Below are positions 8,532-17,920 of a DNA stretch of 64,000 nucleotides, one piece after another. The notes beneath the pieces are model-generated. The model saw nothing but the letters and a program-made list of their open reading frames with translations. It was not told the DNA's origin and made no database searches. Source of the stretch: Candidatus Omnitrophota bacterium (GTDB lineage Bacteria; Omnitrophota; Gorgyraeia; Gygaellales; Profunditerraquicolaceae); contig JBAZUE010000001.1 of the NCBI GenBank assembly GCA_041661605.1, positions 542,928-606,927 on the forward strand. Reading direction: 5' to 3'. Made by a program: the position numbers and the translations under genes. The stretch's first letter is position 1; every line of letters begins with the position of its first letter.

Positions 8532-9713
8532 CTATCTTTTGTAAGGCATACCCCAAAGTTTGATAAAACCTTCGGCTAATTTCTGATCAAATTTATCTTC
8601 TTTACCGTAAGTGCTTAATTCCTTTTTATAAAGGGAATTCGCGGATTTCCTGCCAACGACAACACAGCTGCCTTTTGATAACTTTAACCTGATAGTACCG
8701 CTTACCAATCTTTGCGTCTTCTCCACAAAACCATCCAAGGCGTCTTTTAAAGCGGAAAACCATAAACCATAATAAACCAGCTCCGCGTATTTAAGGCTGA
8801 TCATCTCCTTATAATGGGCCAGCTCCCGGTCAAGAACCAGAGCCTCTAATTCCTTGTGCGCCGTATAAAGAATAGTGCCCGCGGGAGCCTCATAAATCTC
8901 CCGGGATTTAATCCCCACCAGCCTGTTCTCAACCATATCGCTTCTGCCGACCCCGAATTGGCCGCCGACCTCGTTTAAGTAAATAATCAGCTCCTTTAAT
9001 TTAAGCGTCTTGCCGTCAATCTTGGTTGGCAGGCCTTTCGCAAAAGACACTTCAATATACCGCGGATAACTCGAGGTATGCGTCGGACTCTTGGTAATCA
9101 AATAAGCATCTTCGGGCGGCTCCTGCTCCAAATTTTCCAAAATACCGGCTTCGATACTTATACCCCAGATATTACGGTCAATACTATAAGGCTTTTTCTT
9201 GGTAACGTCTATCGGGATATTATATTTTAAGGCATAATCAATCTCTTCTTCCCGCGACTTGAATTCCCAATCCCGCACCGGGGCGATAATCTCAAGTTTC
9301 GGGTCCAGTATCCCTACGGCAACCTCAAGCCTTACCTGGTCATTGCCTTTTCCGGTACAGCCGTGGGCAACAGCCTGCGCTTTTTCCTTATGCGCGATCT
9401 GCACTAAATATTTGGCGATCAATGGGCGGCCTAATGCCGTTGCCAAGAGATATCTGCCCTCATAAACAGCGTTAGCCTTCAAAGCGGGGACAATAAAATC
9501 CTTGATAAATTCATCCTGCAGGTCGCGGATATAAACTTTGGTTGCTCCGGCAGCCAAGGCCCTGGCTTCAATCGCTTCAAAGTTTTCACCCTGGCCCAGG
9601 CCCTGGCCCAGGTCAGCCACAAAACAGATTACCTCATATCCTTTTTCTTTCAACCATCTGACTATACAAGAGGTATCCAAACCGCCCGAATATGCTAACA
9701 CTACTTTCTTCAT
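8532..9713 (-). CDS. argG: argininosuccinate synthase
   Basis: AYSGGLDTS P-loop, GCTGKGNDQVR and SIDRNIWG motifs. Confidence 0.95.
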   Translation of the reverse strand: MKKVVLAYSGGLDTSCIVRWLKEKGYEVICFVADLGQGLGQGENFEAIEARALAAGATKVYIRDLQDEFIKDFIVPALKANAVYEGRYLLATALGRPLIAKYLVQIAHKEKAQAVAHGCTGKGNDQVRLEVAVGILDPKLEIIAPVRDWEFKSREEEIDYALKYNIPIDVTKKKPYSIDRNIWGISIEAGILENLEQEPPEDAYLITKSPTHTSSYPRYIEVSFAKGLPTKIDGKTLKLKELIIYLNEVGGQFGVGRSDMVENRLVGIKSREIYEAPAGTILYTAHKELEALVLDRELAHYKEMISLKYAELVYYGLWFSALKDALDGFVEKTQRLVSGTIRLKLSKGSCVVVGRKSANSLYKKELSTYGKEDKFDQKLAEGFIKLWGMPYKR

Positions 9714-9722
9714 CTTAACTCC

Positions 9723-10646
9723 TCAATTTAATAATTTTATCAAAATCGCTTTCTGCACATGCATTCTATTTTCCGCCTGGTCGAAAACAATGGAGTTCTT
9801 GCTTTCCATAACCTCATCGGTTATCTCTTCGCCTCTATGCGCGGGCAGGCAGTGCATAACCAAAACGTTCTTAGCGGCGCCGGATAAAAGTTTGGCATTA
9901 ATCTGGAAATCTTTAAAGATAATCTTTCTCTTATTAATCTCTTCTTCCTGGCCCATACTGGCCCAAACATCGGTATAAACTACCTGGGCAGAGTCAACCG
10001 CGCTAAAGGGATCCTCGGTAATCTTTATCCGGCTGCCTGTTTCTTTGGCAATGGCCTGCGAGAGTTTTACAACATTCTCGGCGGGCGCATATCCTCGAGG
10101 GGTAGCCACGGAGATATTCATGCCGGTTTTAGCCGCAGCAAAAAGCAACGAGTTGCAAACATTATTGCCGTCTCCGACATAGGCAAGCGTAACTTTTTTT
10201 AAGTCTTTTAGTTTTTCTCTAATCGTAAAAAGATCCGCTAAGGCCTGGCAGGGATGTGAGAAATCCGACAAACCATTTATCACCGGGACAGTCGCAGCCT
10301 GCGCCATATCCAGGCAATTCTTATGCTCAAAAGTCCTTAAGACAACTCCATCAACATAACGGGAGATGGTTCTTGCCACATCCCCGATGGTTTCTCTGAC
10401 ACCAAGGTTAATCTCTTGCGGAGACAAATAAAGTGAATTACCTCCCAACTGGTACATGCCGACCTCAAAAGAGACCCGCGTCCTGTTCGACGGTTTCTGA
10501 AAAATCAAAGCCAGGGTTTTTCCGGATAAAGATTTAGCAAACTTCTTTTTATTCTTCTTAAGCTGCTCAGTAAGCTTAAAAATAGAATTAATCTCCGTTA
10601 AAGACAGGTCCCCAATTGAAAGCAAATCTTTTTTCATTATGCGCAC
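9723..10646 (-). CDS. argF: ornithine carbamoyltransferase
   Basis: SNRTRVSFE (STRTR-type), HPCQALAD and HCLPAHRGEE motifs. Confidence 0.9.
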   Translation of the reverse strand: MRIMKKDLLSIGDLSLTEINSIFKLTEQLKKNKKKFAKSLSGKTLALIFQKPSNRTRVSFEVGMYQLGGNSLYLSPQEINLGVRETIGDVARTISRYVDGVVLRTFEHKNCLDMAQAATVPVINGLSDFSHPCQALADLFTIREKLKDLKKVTLAYVGDGNNVCNSLLFAAAKTGMNISVATPRGYAPAENVVKLSQAIAKETGSRIKITEDPFSAVDSAQVVYTDVWASMGQEEEINKRKIIFKDFQINAKLLSGAAKNVLVMHCLPAHRGEEITDEVMESKNSIVFDQAENRMHVQKAILIKLLN

Positions 10647-11839
10647 TCCTTGAAAACTTCTTTCAATATTTTTACCGCCTTATCAATCTCATGTTTGACG
10701 GTATTTAACGCCGGCATCAGCCTTAAGACTTTTTCGTGCGTGCAGTTAATCAATAAACCCCGCTCTACGCATTTCTCGTATACCTGCTTTCCATCAATGC
10801 TTAACTCCACACCGAACATCAAACCCATCCCCCGGACATCTTTGATTACCGGATAAGCTGCCTTTAAAAGATTTAGTTTTTCCAGAAGGTACTCTCCCAT
10901 GTTCTGGCAATTCTTAAGCAGCTTTTCCTTCTGTACCGCCCTAAGCACCCCCAAAGCCGCTTTACAGATTACCGGACCGCCGCCAAAAGTAGAGGCGTGC
11001 ATACCGGGGGTCAAAAGATCGCTTAATTCTTTTTTAGCTATCATGACTCCAATAGGCAGGCCTCCGCCTAAGGCTTTAGCCAAAGTTATTACATCAGGAG
11101 TTATACCGTAATGCTGATAGCAGAACATTTTTCCTGTCCTGCCGAGGCCGGTTTGCACTTCATCTACGATTAAAAGTAATTTCTTCTCGTCGCATATCTT
11201 CCTGAGTTCCAGGACAAAATCCCGCTTGGCGATATTTATCCCGCCCTCACCCTGGACAAGCTCAAGCATAATGGCAACGGTCTTATCCGTAATCGCCTGC
11301 TTAACAGCGGCGATATCATTAAATTTAACCTGCTTAAAACCCTCCGGCATAGGGAGAAAACCATTCTGGTATTTTTTCTGCCCCGTAGCCGCCAGAGCAG
11401 CCAAGGTCCTTCCATGAAAAGCATTCTCAAAAGTAATTATTTCAAACCTCGCCTGGCCTGTTTCAGAGGCAAAAGTTGCGCCAAATTTCCTGGCTAATTT
11501 TATTGCCCCTTCATTAGCCTCCGCCCCGGAATTAGCGAAGAATACCTTTCCCGGAAAACTCCAGTAAATCAATTCTTTTGCCAGCTTCGCCTGAAAAGGA
11601 TGGTAATAATTGTTCGGCACAAAGATCAATTTACCCACCTGGTCGCGTATCCCCTGCATGACCTTAGGATGGCAGTGCCCTAAATTGCCCACACCCCAGC
11701 CCGGGAAGAAATCAAGATAAACCTTGCCTTTTATATCCCATAGCCGCGAGCCCTTGCCCTTGACAAAAACAATCGGCACCTTGTTATAGGTGGGCATTAT
11801 GTTTTCTTTATAAACTTCAAATATCTCATCCAGCTTCAT
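10637..11839 (-). CDS. argD: acetylornithine aminotransferase
   Basis: Class III aminotransferase with DEVQTGLGRTGK and TLAKALGGG (PLP Lys); arg operon context. Confidence 0.88.
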   Translation of the reverse strand: MKLDEIFEVYKENIMPTYNKVPIVFVKGKGSRLWDIKGKVYLDFFPGWGVGNLGHCHPKVMQGIRDQVGKLIFVPNNYYHPFQAKLAKELIYWSFPGKVFFANSGAEANEGAIKLARKFGATFASETGQARFEIITFENAFHGRTLAALAATGQKKYQNGFLPMPEGFKQVKFNDIAAVKQAITDKTVAIMLELVQGEGGINIAKRDFVLELRKICDEKKLLLIVDEVQTGLGRTGKMFCYQHYGITPDVITLAKALGGGLPIGVMIAKKELSDLLTPGMHASTFGGGPVICKAALGVLRAVQKEKLLKNCQNMGEYLLEKLNLLKAAYPVIKDVRGMGLMFGVELSIDGKQVYEKCVERGLLINCTHEKVLRLMPALNTVKHEIDKAVKILKEVFKECA

Positions 11840-12690
11840 TTTATAATTTCCGTTCCAATACCCTTGTCAGTGAAAATTTCCAAAAGCAGGCCATGCGGCG
11901 TGCGCGCGTCAATAATATGCGTCTTCTTTACTCCGCCGCTCAATGCCGAAACACAAGCGTTTACCTTAGGAATCATCCCCTGCTGGATGACTTTATGTTC
12001 AATTAACCCGTTTACTTCTTCAACCGTCAGAGTGGAAATAAAGGAGTTCTTATCTTCGGCGTTACGCATAATCCCCTTGACGTTAGTCATCAGAACGAAC
12101 TTTTCCGCCTGGATGCTCGCGGCAATGCTGGCAGCAGCCTCATCGGCGTTCACATTATAAGTCTTTTTGTCTTTTCCCCTACCCATGGGCAAAACGACAA
12201 CTACTTTATCTTTTTTAAGTTCTTCATTCAATAACTCCGTATTAATCTCCTTGATATTTCCCACCAAACCGATATCTATTTTGGTTTTTTTCTTCTCTAC
12301 CTGGATCAAATCATTGTCTTTGCCGTTCAAACCGACAGCCTTTGCCCCCAGATCATTGATCTCTTTTACAATCATCTCATTTAATACCAACAGCTCTTCT
12401 TCAACCAATTGCAAAGTTTCCTCATCGGTGACGCGCATGCCTTCGACAAACTCCGTCTTCTTGCCTGAAGCGCGCATACGATCGCTGATATTCGGCCCGC
12501 CTCCATGCACCAGGATCGTGCGCAGCCCCATAAAGTTCAGAAAGACAATATCCTCCAATACGCCGTTACGAATCTTGGCGTCCCCCATAATACTTCCGCC
12601 GTATTTAATCACGATTACCTTCTTATGGAACTTCTTTATGTAAGGTAATGCCTCAATCAAAACTTCCGCTTTCCTAATGGCTTCTTCCAT
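11836..12690 (-). CDS. argB: acetylglutamate kinase
   Basis: IKYGGS, VHGGGP and NVNADEAA motifs. Confidence 0.92.
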   Translation of the reverse strand: MEEAIRKAEVLIEALPYIKKFHKKVIVIKYGGSIMGDAKIRNGVLEDIVFLNFMGLRTILVHGGGPNISDRMRASGKKTEFVEGMRVTDEETLQLVEEELLVLNEMIVKEINDLGAKAVGLNGKDNDLIQVEKKKTKIDIGLVGNIKEINTELLNEELKKDKVVVVLPMGRGKDKKTYNVNADEAAASIAASIQAEKFVLMTNVKGIMRNAEDKNSFISTLTVEEVNGLIEHKVIQQGMIPKVNACVSALSGGVKKTHIIDARTPHGLLLEIFTDKGIGTEIIK

Positions 12691-12699
12691 TGTTCCTCT

Positions 12700-12846
12700 C
12701 TAGTTGTACTGCGCGTTTATTTTTATATACTCCGGAGTAAGGTCCGAAGTATAAACAGTTGCTCCGGCTCTGCCGTGCGATAAACTTACCTTCAGCTTTA
12801 CCTGTTTTTGTTTTAAAGAACCCAATTTTATTTCAGCTGACCTTCT
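12700..12846 (-). pseudogene. argJ: argJ C-terminal segment in a shifted frame
   Basis: The frame one nt upstream of the argJ frame reads ...IKLGSLKQKQVKLKVSLSHGRAGATVYTSDLTPEYIKINAQYN* (TAG 12700-12702). This is the conserved ArgJ C-terminus (DL..eY..INA.Y). The junction lies in the A-rich CTGAAATAAAATTGG. Confidence 0.7.
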
Positions 12847-13835
12847 TTAATCTTAAAGCCGCTTGAGCCGACTGCGGCGGCTACCCTGCCGAAGTTTGGA
12901 TTTTCGCCAAAAACAGCGGTTTTAAAAAGCGCGGAGTTGGCAATACTTAAAGCTATTTTTCTTGCCTCTTGAAAATCCTTTGCCTGGCAGACATCGATCT
13001 GAATGAACTTGGTGGCTCCCTCGGCATCCTTGACCACCATCTTAGCCAAATCCAGACAAACACACTCTAATGCCTTTGAAAAATCCTCTAAATCTTTGCC
13101 TCCGGAAATAACCCTGTTTTCGGAAGCGGCATTGGCTAAAACCAAAACCGTGTCATTGGTGCTCATGCAGCCGTCGACAGAGATGCAATTAAAGGATTTA
13201 TCCACGGCAGCGCCCAAAGCCTTATCTAAGGCCTGTTTAGTAATCTTAGCATCGGTCATGATAAAACAAAGCATAGTTGCCATATCCGGGGCAATCATGC
13301 CGGCGCCTTTGGCAATCCCGCAAAGATGCACTGGTTTAGAACCGATTTTTAAACTTAAGCTTACCTCTTTAGCAAAGGTATCCGTGGTCATAATCGCTAT
13401 TTCAGCTTTATGTATACCAGAGTAGGATAAACCGGAAACCAATTCCGGAATCCCCTGCCTAATTTTAGCTATATCCAGCCTTTTTCCGATAATGCCGGTT
13501 GAATTTACCAATACAGCGTTCTCCGGAATCTTTAACTCTCTAGCAGCATAAGCAGCAGACGCCTGCGCATCCTTAAGCCCGGCCTTTCCCGTAAAGCAAT
13601 TAGCGTTACCGCTATTGACCAGCACAGCCTGAATTTTCTTGGCAGACTTAAGATGTTTTTTGGAGACGATAAGAGGCGCAGCGATTATGCTATTGGTGGT
13701 AAATTTCGCGCTGGCAAGAGCCGGGATTTCAGAATACAGCAAAGCCAAATCCGGTTTTCCGGATTTCTTTAATCCGCAGGCAATGCCGTTAGCTTTAAAA
13801 CCCGCAGGTAAAATCGCTTTTAAAATTTTTTTCAT
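12828..13835 (-). CDS. argJ: glutamate N-acetyltransferase/amino-acid acetyltransferase ArgJ, N-terminal 335 codons (frame-interrupted)
   Basis: FKANGIACGLKKSGKPDLAL, self-cleavage site ATMLCFIMTDA and NPNFGR motifs. The ORF ends prematurely at TAA 12828-12830. Confidence 0.8.
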   Translation of the reverse strand: MKKILKAILPAGFKANGIACGLKKSGKPDLALLYSEIPALASAKFTTNSIIAAPLIVSKKHLKSAKKIQAVLVNSGNANCFTGKAGLKDAQASAAYAARELKIPENAVLVNSTGIIGKRLDIAKIRQGIPELVSGLSYSGIHKAEIAIMTTDTFAKEVSLSLKIGSKPVHLCGIAKGAGMIAPDMATMLCFIMTDAKITKQALDKALGAAVDKSFNCISVDGCMSTNDTVLVLANAASENRVISGGKDLEDFSKALECVCLDLAKMVVKDAEGATKFIQIDVCQAKDFQEARKIALSIANSALFKTAVFGENPNFGRVAAAVGSSGFKIKEGQLK

Positions 13836-14866
13836 AGTAGACCGGCGGTCTCCGGAAGCTTATACATAATATTCATATTCTGCACTGCCTGACTGGAAGC
13901 GCCCTTTAATAAATTATCGATAACACTGATAACAATGATCGTGCGGCCAAAATCCTTGACCCCGATATCGCAAAAATTCGTCTTAACCACATCTTTGATC
14001 CTAGGAAAAACACCATCCGGCTTAATACGGACAAAAGGCTCGCCCTTATAGAATTTCTTATATAAATCTGCAATGCTTTTAGCCTTGAGCTTAGCCCCGG
14101 GAGCTTTCTTAAGATAGATAGTCGAAAGTATCCCCCTCTCGATAGGCAGCAGGTGCGGGACAAAGACCACTTCCACTTTCTTGCCGGATAGTTTTGAAAG
14201 TACCTGGTTTATTTCAGGAGCGTGCTGATGCACATTGACTTTGTAAGCCCGGAAATCCCCCTGTATTTCAGAAAACAAGAATTCTTTTTCCAATTTTTTA
14301 CTCGCGCCGCTTACGCCGGATTTAGCGTCAATAATTACAGAATCCAGCTCCACCAAATTTACCGCAAGTAAAGGAGCCAGCGCTAAAATTACCGAAGTAG
14401 GATAACAACCGGGATTAGCCAGGAGCTTAGCCGCCTTAATTTTTTCCCGGTAAAGCTCCGGCAGGCCATAAATGGCGCCCTTTAAGTTAGACTTATCCTC
14501 ATGGGCTACTTTGTAGAATTTCTCATACACCGACGGGTTAATGATCCGGTAGTCGGCGCTTAAATCTATGACCTTCTTGCCCAGGCTTAAAAGCTTCGGC
14601 ACAAATTTCATGGATACGGTATGCGGCAGAGCCAGAAAAACCAGGTCGCAGTCCTTCTTGATCTTAAGCCAATCAGGCTTTGTGCAGACCAAGTCTAAGC
14701 GGTGTTTAAATTTTGGGAACACATCGGAGATGACCTGATCACCCTGGCCGCTTTTGCCGGAGTTAAAAAGTCGCGTAATCCTGACATTGGGATGATTGAG
14801 CAGGAGCTCGATAAGCACCTCACCCGTATGCCCGGTCGCCCCGATTATTCCGACATTGATAATCAT
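13832..14866 (-). CDS. argC: N-acetyl-gamma-glutamyl-phosphate reductase
   Basis: IIGATGHTG and LANPGCYPTS (catalytic Cys). Start set to ATG 14866 (AAGGAG 6 nt upstream); the ORF-track GTG 14893 is less likely. Confidence 0.92.
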   Translation of the reverse strand: MIINVGIIGATGHTGEVLIELLLNHPNVRITRLFNSGKSGQGDQVISDVFPKFKHRLDLVCTKPDWLKIKKDCDLVFLALPHTVSMKFVPKLLSLGKKVIDLSADYRIINPSVYEKFYKVAHEDKSNLKGAIYGLPELYREKIKAAKLLANPGCYPTSVILALAPLLAVNLVELDSVIIDAKSGVSGASKKLEKEFLFSEIQGDFRAYKVNVHQHAPEINQVLSKLSGKKVEVVFVPHLLPIERGILSTIYLKKAPGAKLKAKSIADLYKKFYKGEPFVRIKPDGVFPRIKDVVKTNFCDIGVKDFGRTIIVISVIDNLLKGASSQAVQNMNIMYKLPETAGLL

Positions 14867-14914
14867 TAATTCTCCTTGCCTGGAAAGGCACACCTGTTAA
14901 AAGATAATTAAGTT

Positions 14915-14943
14915 ATAATAGAATAAAATCCATCTTCCGTCAA
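14915..14943 (-). promoter_or_regulatory. sigma70-like promoter of the arg operon
   Basis: Minus-strand TTGACG-N17-TATTAT, about 45 nt upstream of the argC ATG. Confidence 0.5.
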
Positions 14944-14997
14944 GGATTTTTCTCGTCGGAACTAAAGATAAGCCTTAACGGATAATAACATGTAACA

Positions 14998-15169
14998 TAA
15001 GATTTCCGGCTTTTGCTGAAGGCACAATTAGAAGATTTTCGGCAAAAGTGTGCAAGGAATTACGACGAACGGAGGACTTTCTTATAAGCGTAAGTCAGTC
15101 CGAGAGTGAGTCGTAAACCGCAGCACACGGCGAAAATCTTCCGTGCCGAAGCAAAAGACGGAAAGCTTA
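14998..15169. repeat. about 170-bp composite imperfect palindrome
   Basis: Terminal arms TAAGATTTCCGGCTTTTGCT / AGCAAAAGACGGAAAGCTTA (18/20 complementary). Inner arms GAAGATTTTCG/CGAAAATCTTC, GTGTGC/GCACAC, TTACGAC/GTCGTAA and GGAC/GTCC. It lies between the rpsI terminator and the arg promoter. Confidence 0.75.
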
Positions 15170-15193
15170 AGAATATTTTATAGCCGTATAAAC

Positions 15194-15219
15194 AAAAAAT
15201 CCCGCTTTGGAAGCGGGAT
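15194..15219 (-). terminator. intrinsic terminator after rpsI
   Basis: Minus-strand TCCCGCTT-CCA-AAGCGGGA followed by TTTTTT. Confidence 0.8.
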
Positions 15220-15260
15220 CGTTTGCGAAAATTATTTTTATATAAAAGGAGCTGCCCCTT

Positions 15261-15656
15261 TTACCTCTTTGTCCACTGGAAGCGCTTACGCGCGCCCTTT
15301 TGGCCGTACTTCTTGCGCTCCTTCATACGCGGATCACGCGTTAAATATCCGTTCTTACGGAAGATATCTTTAAAATTAGAATCAGTAATCAATAAGGCCC
15401 TGGCAATACCTAAACGCAAAGCTCCGGCCTGGCCGGTTAAGCCGCCGCCGTTAAGCCTGGCTGCGATATTGAACTTGCCGGCGGTTTCCGTAACCGCCAA
15501 AGGCTGCTTAGCGATAATACGGTCAGTTTCGCGCAGGAAATATTTCTCAAAAGGACGGCCGTTAATCGTAATCTGGCCATCGCCGGCTTCCATACGGACC
15601 CTGGCGGTTGATTCCTTGCGCCTGCCTAACGCTACATATTTAGTTAATTCAGTCAT
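15261..15656 (-). CDS. rpsI: 30S ribosomal protein S9
   Basis: GGGLTGQAGALRLGIARAL and a C-terminal KKYGQKGARKRFQWTKR. Confidence 0.95.
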   Translation of the reverse strand: MTELTKYVALGRRKESTARVRMEAGDGQITINGRPFEKYFLRETDRIIAKQPLAVTETAGKFNIAARLNGGGLTGQAGALRLGIARALLITDSNFKDIFRKNGYLTRDPRMKERKKYGQKGARKRFQWTKR

Positions 15657-15662
15657 TTATTA

Positions 15663-16094
15663 TCAAACCTCCAAAACAATCGGTTTCAACCCGGTCAATT
15701 TATGTTTATCATCCCGGTAAACCCTTAATTTCTTGATCATATCCCTGCCTAACGGACCAATAGGCAACATCCTTTCCACCGCTAAATGTATAACCGTGGT
15801 TGGATTTTTAGCTAAAAGCTTTTCCAAAACTATCTCACGCTGGCCTCCGGGAAAACCGGAATACCTGCTGTAAGTCTTTTGTTTAAGCTTGCGGCCGGTA
15901 ACCTTGATTTGAGCGGCATTAATCACAATCACTCCATCACCCGTATCAATGTGCGGAGTAAAAATGGGCTTATGCTTGCCTCTTAAGATAGAGGCTACCT
16001 TTGCCGACAATCTTCCAAGAATCTTTCCCTTGGCGTCGACAATATACCACTTTCTTTTAATATCTTCTGGTCTTGCTGTATAGGTTCTTTTCAT
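15663..16094 (-). CDS. rplM: 50S ribosomal protein L13
   Basis: KWYIVDAKGKILGRLSAKVASILRGKHKP and conserved rplM-rpsI order. Confidence 0.95.
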   Translation of the reverse strand: MKRTYTARPEDIKRKWYIVDAKGKILGRLSAKVASILRGKHKPIFTPHIDTGDGVIVINAAQIKVTGRKLKQKTYSRYSGFPGGQREIVLEKLLAKNPTTVIHLAVERMLPIGPLGRDMIKKLRVYRDDKHKLTGLKPIVLEV

Positions 16095-16139
16095 AGAAAG
16101 TTAATTATACCAAAATAAAAAATAAAGTCAAATCTTTTT

Positions 16140-16901
16140 TTAATACTTTACCTTGACCAAACACAGGCCTTTTGCCGGTAAAGCCGGGCCGGCCAGCTTG
16201 CGGTTACCCGATTTCAGGATCTTATTCATGCTGCCTTTAGGAAACCTCCCCCTGCCTATCTCTAATAACGTGCCGGCGATATTCCTGACCATATTATACA
16301 AGAAACTATCCGCTTCTATCTCAATATGCAGCAGGCCTTTGTCCCTGGTTATTTTAATGCGCTTGATAGTACGCACAGGATTCCTGTATCTTGCTTCGGC
16401 AGCCTGGAAAGATTTGAAGTTATGCCTGCCCAAGAGCGCCTTAGCCTCACTGCGCATCAGCCTTATATCCAAAGGATGATGAAAAAAGTAAACACGGTTG
16501 GCCAAAAGCGGGGATGAATATTTACGGTTTAAGATTGTATAACGGTAAACCTTGGATTTGGCGCAAAAGCGGCTGTTAAAATCCGTATCGGCTTTACTTA
16601 TCCGGGTTACCTTGATATCCTCAGGCAATAAACAATTCAATGCCCAGCGCATCCTTTGCAAAGGCATTTTGGATAAACTTTTAAAATTAGCTACCTGTGA
16701 AAGAGCGTGTACACCTGAATCAGTGCGGCCGGCGACAATAAGCTTTATATTTTCCTGCAGGACTTTCTTGAGTACCTGCTCTAAAACATGCTGGATTGTT
16801 TTGCTTGGCTGATAACCGGCGCTGGCTTTTGTATTGTTTTGCACCTGCCAGCCGTGATAATGCGTGCCGTCGTATTCTATTTCGAGCTTGAAATTAAACA
16901 T
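16140..16901 (-). CDS. truA: tRNA pseudouridine(38-40) synthase
   Basis: YDGTHYHGWQ and GRTDSGVHA (catalytic Asp) motifs. Confidence 0.9.
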   Translation of the reverse strand: MFNFKLEIEYDGTHYHGWQVQNNTKASAGYQPSKTIQHVLEQVLKKVLQENIKLIVAGRTDSGVHALSQVANFKSLSKMPLQRMRWALNCLLPEDIKVTRISKADTDFNSRFCAKSKVYRYTILNRKYSSPLLANRVYFFHHPLDIRLMRSEAKALLGRHNFKSFQAAEARYRNPVRTIKRIKITRDKGLLHIEIEADSFLYNMVRNIAGTLLEIGRGRFPKGSMNKILKSGNRKLAGPALPAKGLCLVKVKY

Positions 16902-17905
16902 TCAGCAATCTGGACGGCATTGGTAGCGGCGCCTTTGCGCAGGTTATCCGCTACAACCCACAGCCATAAGCCTTTCTTGTTAAAGGCATCCTGGCGGATT
17001 CTACCGACAAAGGTCTCATCCTTACCCTCAGCATCTTTGGGCATCGGATAAAGATTGTTCTTCAGGTCATCAATAACGACTATACCGGCGGATTTAGCGA
17101 TAATTTTTCTTACTTCATCAGGATCGATCGCTTTTTCGGTTTCGATATAAATTGATTCAGAATGACCTGTCCTTACCGGAACCCGCACCGTGGTAGCCGA
17201 AATCTTGATCTTTGGAGCATGCATAATCTTGTGGGTTTCTTTAACCAGCTTCCATTCTTCATTGGTATAGCCGCCTTCGGCAAAACTGCCGATATGCGGG
17301 AAGCAATTATAAGCCAGCTGCTGAGGCATGGATTTATTCACGCTATCAACCTGCACACTGTCAAATCCACCCTGGGCAATTTTAGCAGTCTCATTGTTCA
17401 ACTGCTCCACAGCGGCCTTACCGGCTCCGCTGGATGCCTGCAAAGTAGTGACAATAATCTTTTTAATGTGAAATTTTTTATGTATCGGGTTAAGCGCTAC
17501 AACCATCTGGATTGTAGAGCAATTGGGATTGGCGATAATTCCCTTATGCTTTTTTACATCGGAGGCATTTACTTCCGGGACCACTAAAGGCACCTTGGAG
17601 TCCATGCGGAAATCCGCTCCGTTATCAATAACCACAGCCCCCCTTTTAACCGCCTCAGCAGCATAAGTTACCGCTGCTCCTTTTTCGCCTTCGGTTCCGG
17701 CGAATAAAGCGATGTCAATACCGTTAAAACCATCCGCTGTAATCGGTTCAACGCTGTATTTCTGTCCGTCAACATTTATATCCCTGGCTGAACGGGCAAA
17801 AACCTTTAATTGGTTAACCGGAAAGTTGCGCTGCTTTAAAACCCGCAGCATCTCAATTCCCACCACGCCAACCCCTACTACAGCCACATTATATTTCTTC
17901 ATCAT
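16877..17905 (-). CDS. asd: aspartate-semialdehyde dehydrogenase
   Basis: VGVGVVG and ANPNCSTIQ (catalytic Cys) motifs; 342 aa. Confidence 0.92.
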   Translation of the reverse strand: MMKKYNVAVVGVGVVGIEMLRVLKQRNFPVNQLKVFARSARDINVDGQKYSVEPITADGFNGIDIALFAGTEGEKGAAVTYAAEAVKRGAVVIDNGADFRMDSKVPLVVPEVNASDVKKHKGIIANPNCSTIQMVVALNPIHKKFHIKKIIVTTLQASSGAGKAAVEQLNNETAKIAQGGFDSVQVDSVNKSMPQQLAYNCFPHIGSFAEGGYTNEEWKLVKETHKIMHAPKIKISATTVRVPVRTGHSESIYIETEKAIDPDEVRKIIAKSAGIVVIDDLKNNLYPMPKDAEGKDETFVGRIRQDAFNKKGLWLWVVADNLRKGAATNAVQIAECLISSSK

Positions 17906-17920
17906 ATTTTCCTTTGCTAA

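Noticed and set aside
8473-8556. N-terminal extensions offered by the ORF track for argH (to 8556), dapL (to 3453), argC (to 14893), fabG (to 23262), the amidase (to 47795), dusB (to 52075), the htrA-like gene (to 62380) and the TPR porin (to 34773).
   Set aside because: In each case an internal ATG has a proper GGAG-type RBS, or begins the signal peptide or conserved N-terminus. The extension would overlap the upstream gene, a repeat element or a hairpin.
12825-12846. Programmed ribosomal frameshifting as the explanation for the argJ split.
   Set aside because: There is no X-XXY-YYZ slippery heptamer and no downstream stimulatory structure. An A-run indel, from sequencing or mutation, is the simpler explanation.
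14915-14960. An ArgR ARG-box operator at the arg promoter.
   Set aside because: Only a weak partial match (TGGATTTTATTCTA) to the TGAAT-N4-ATTCA consensus is present, which is not enough to claim.
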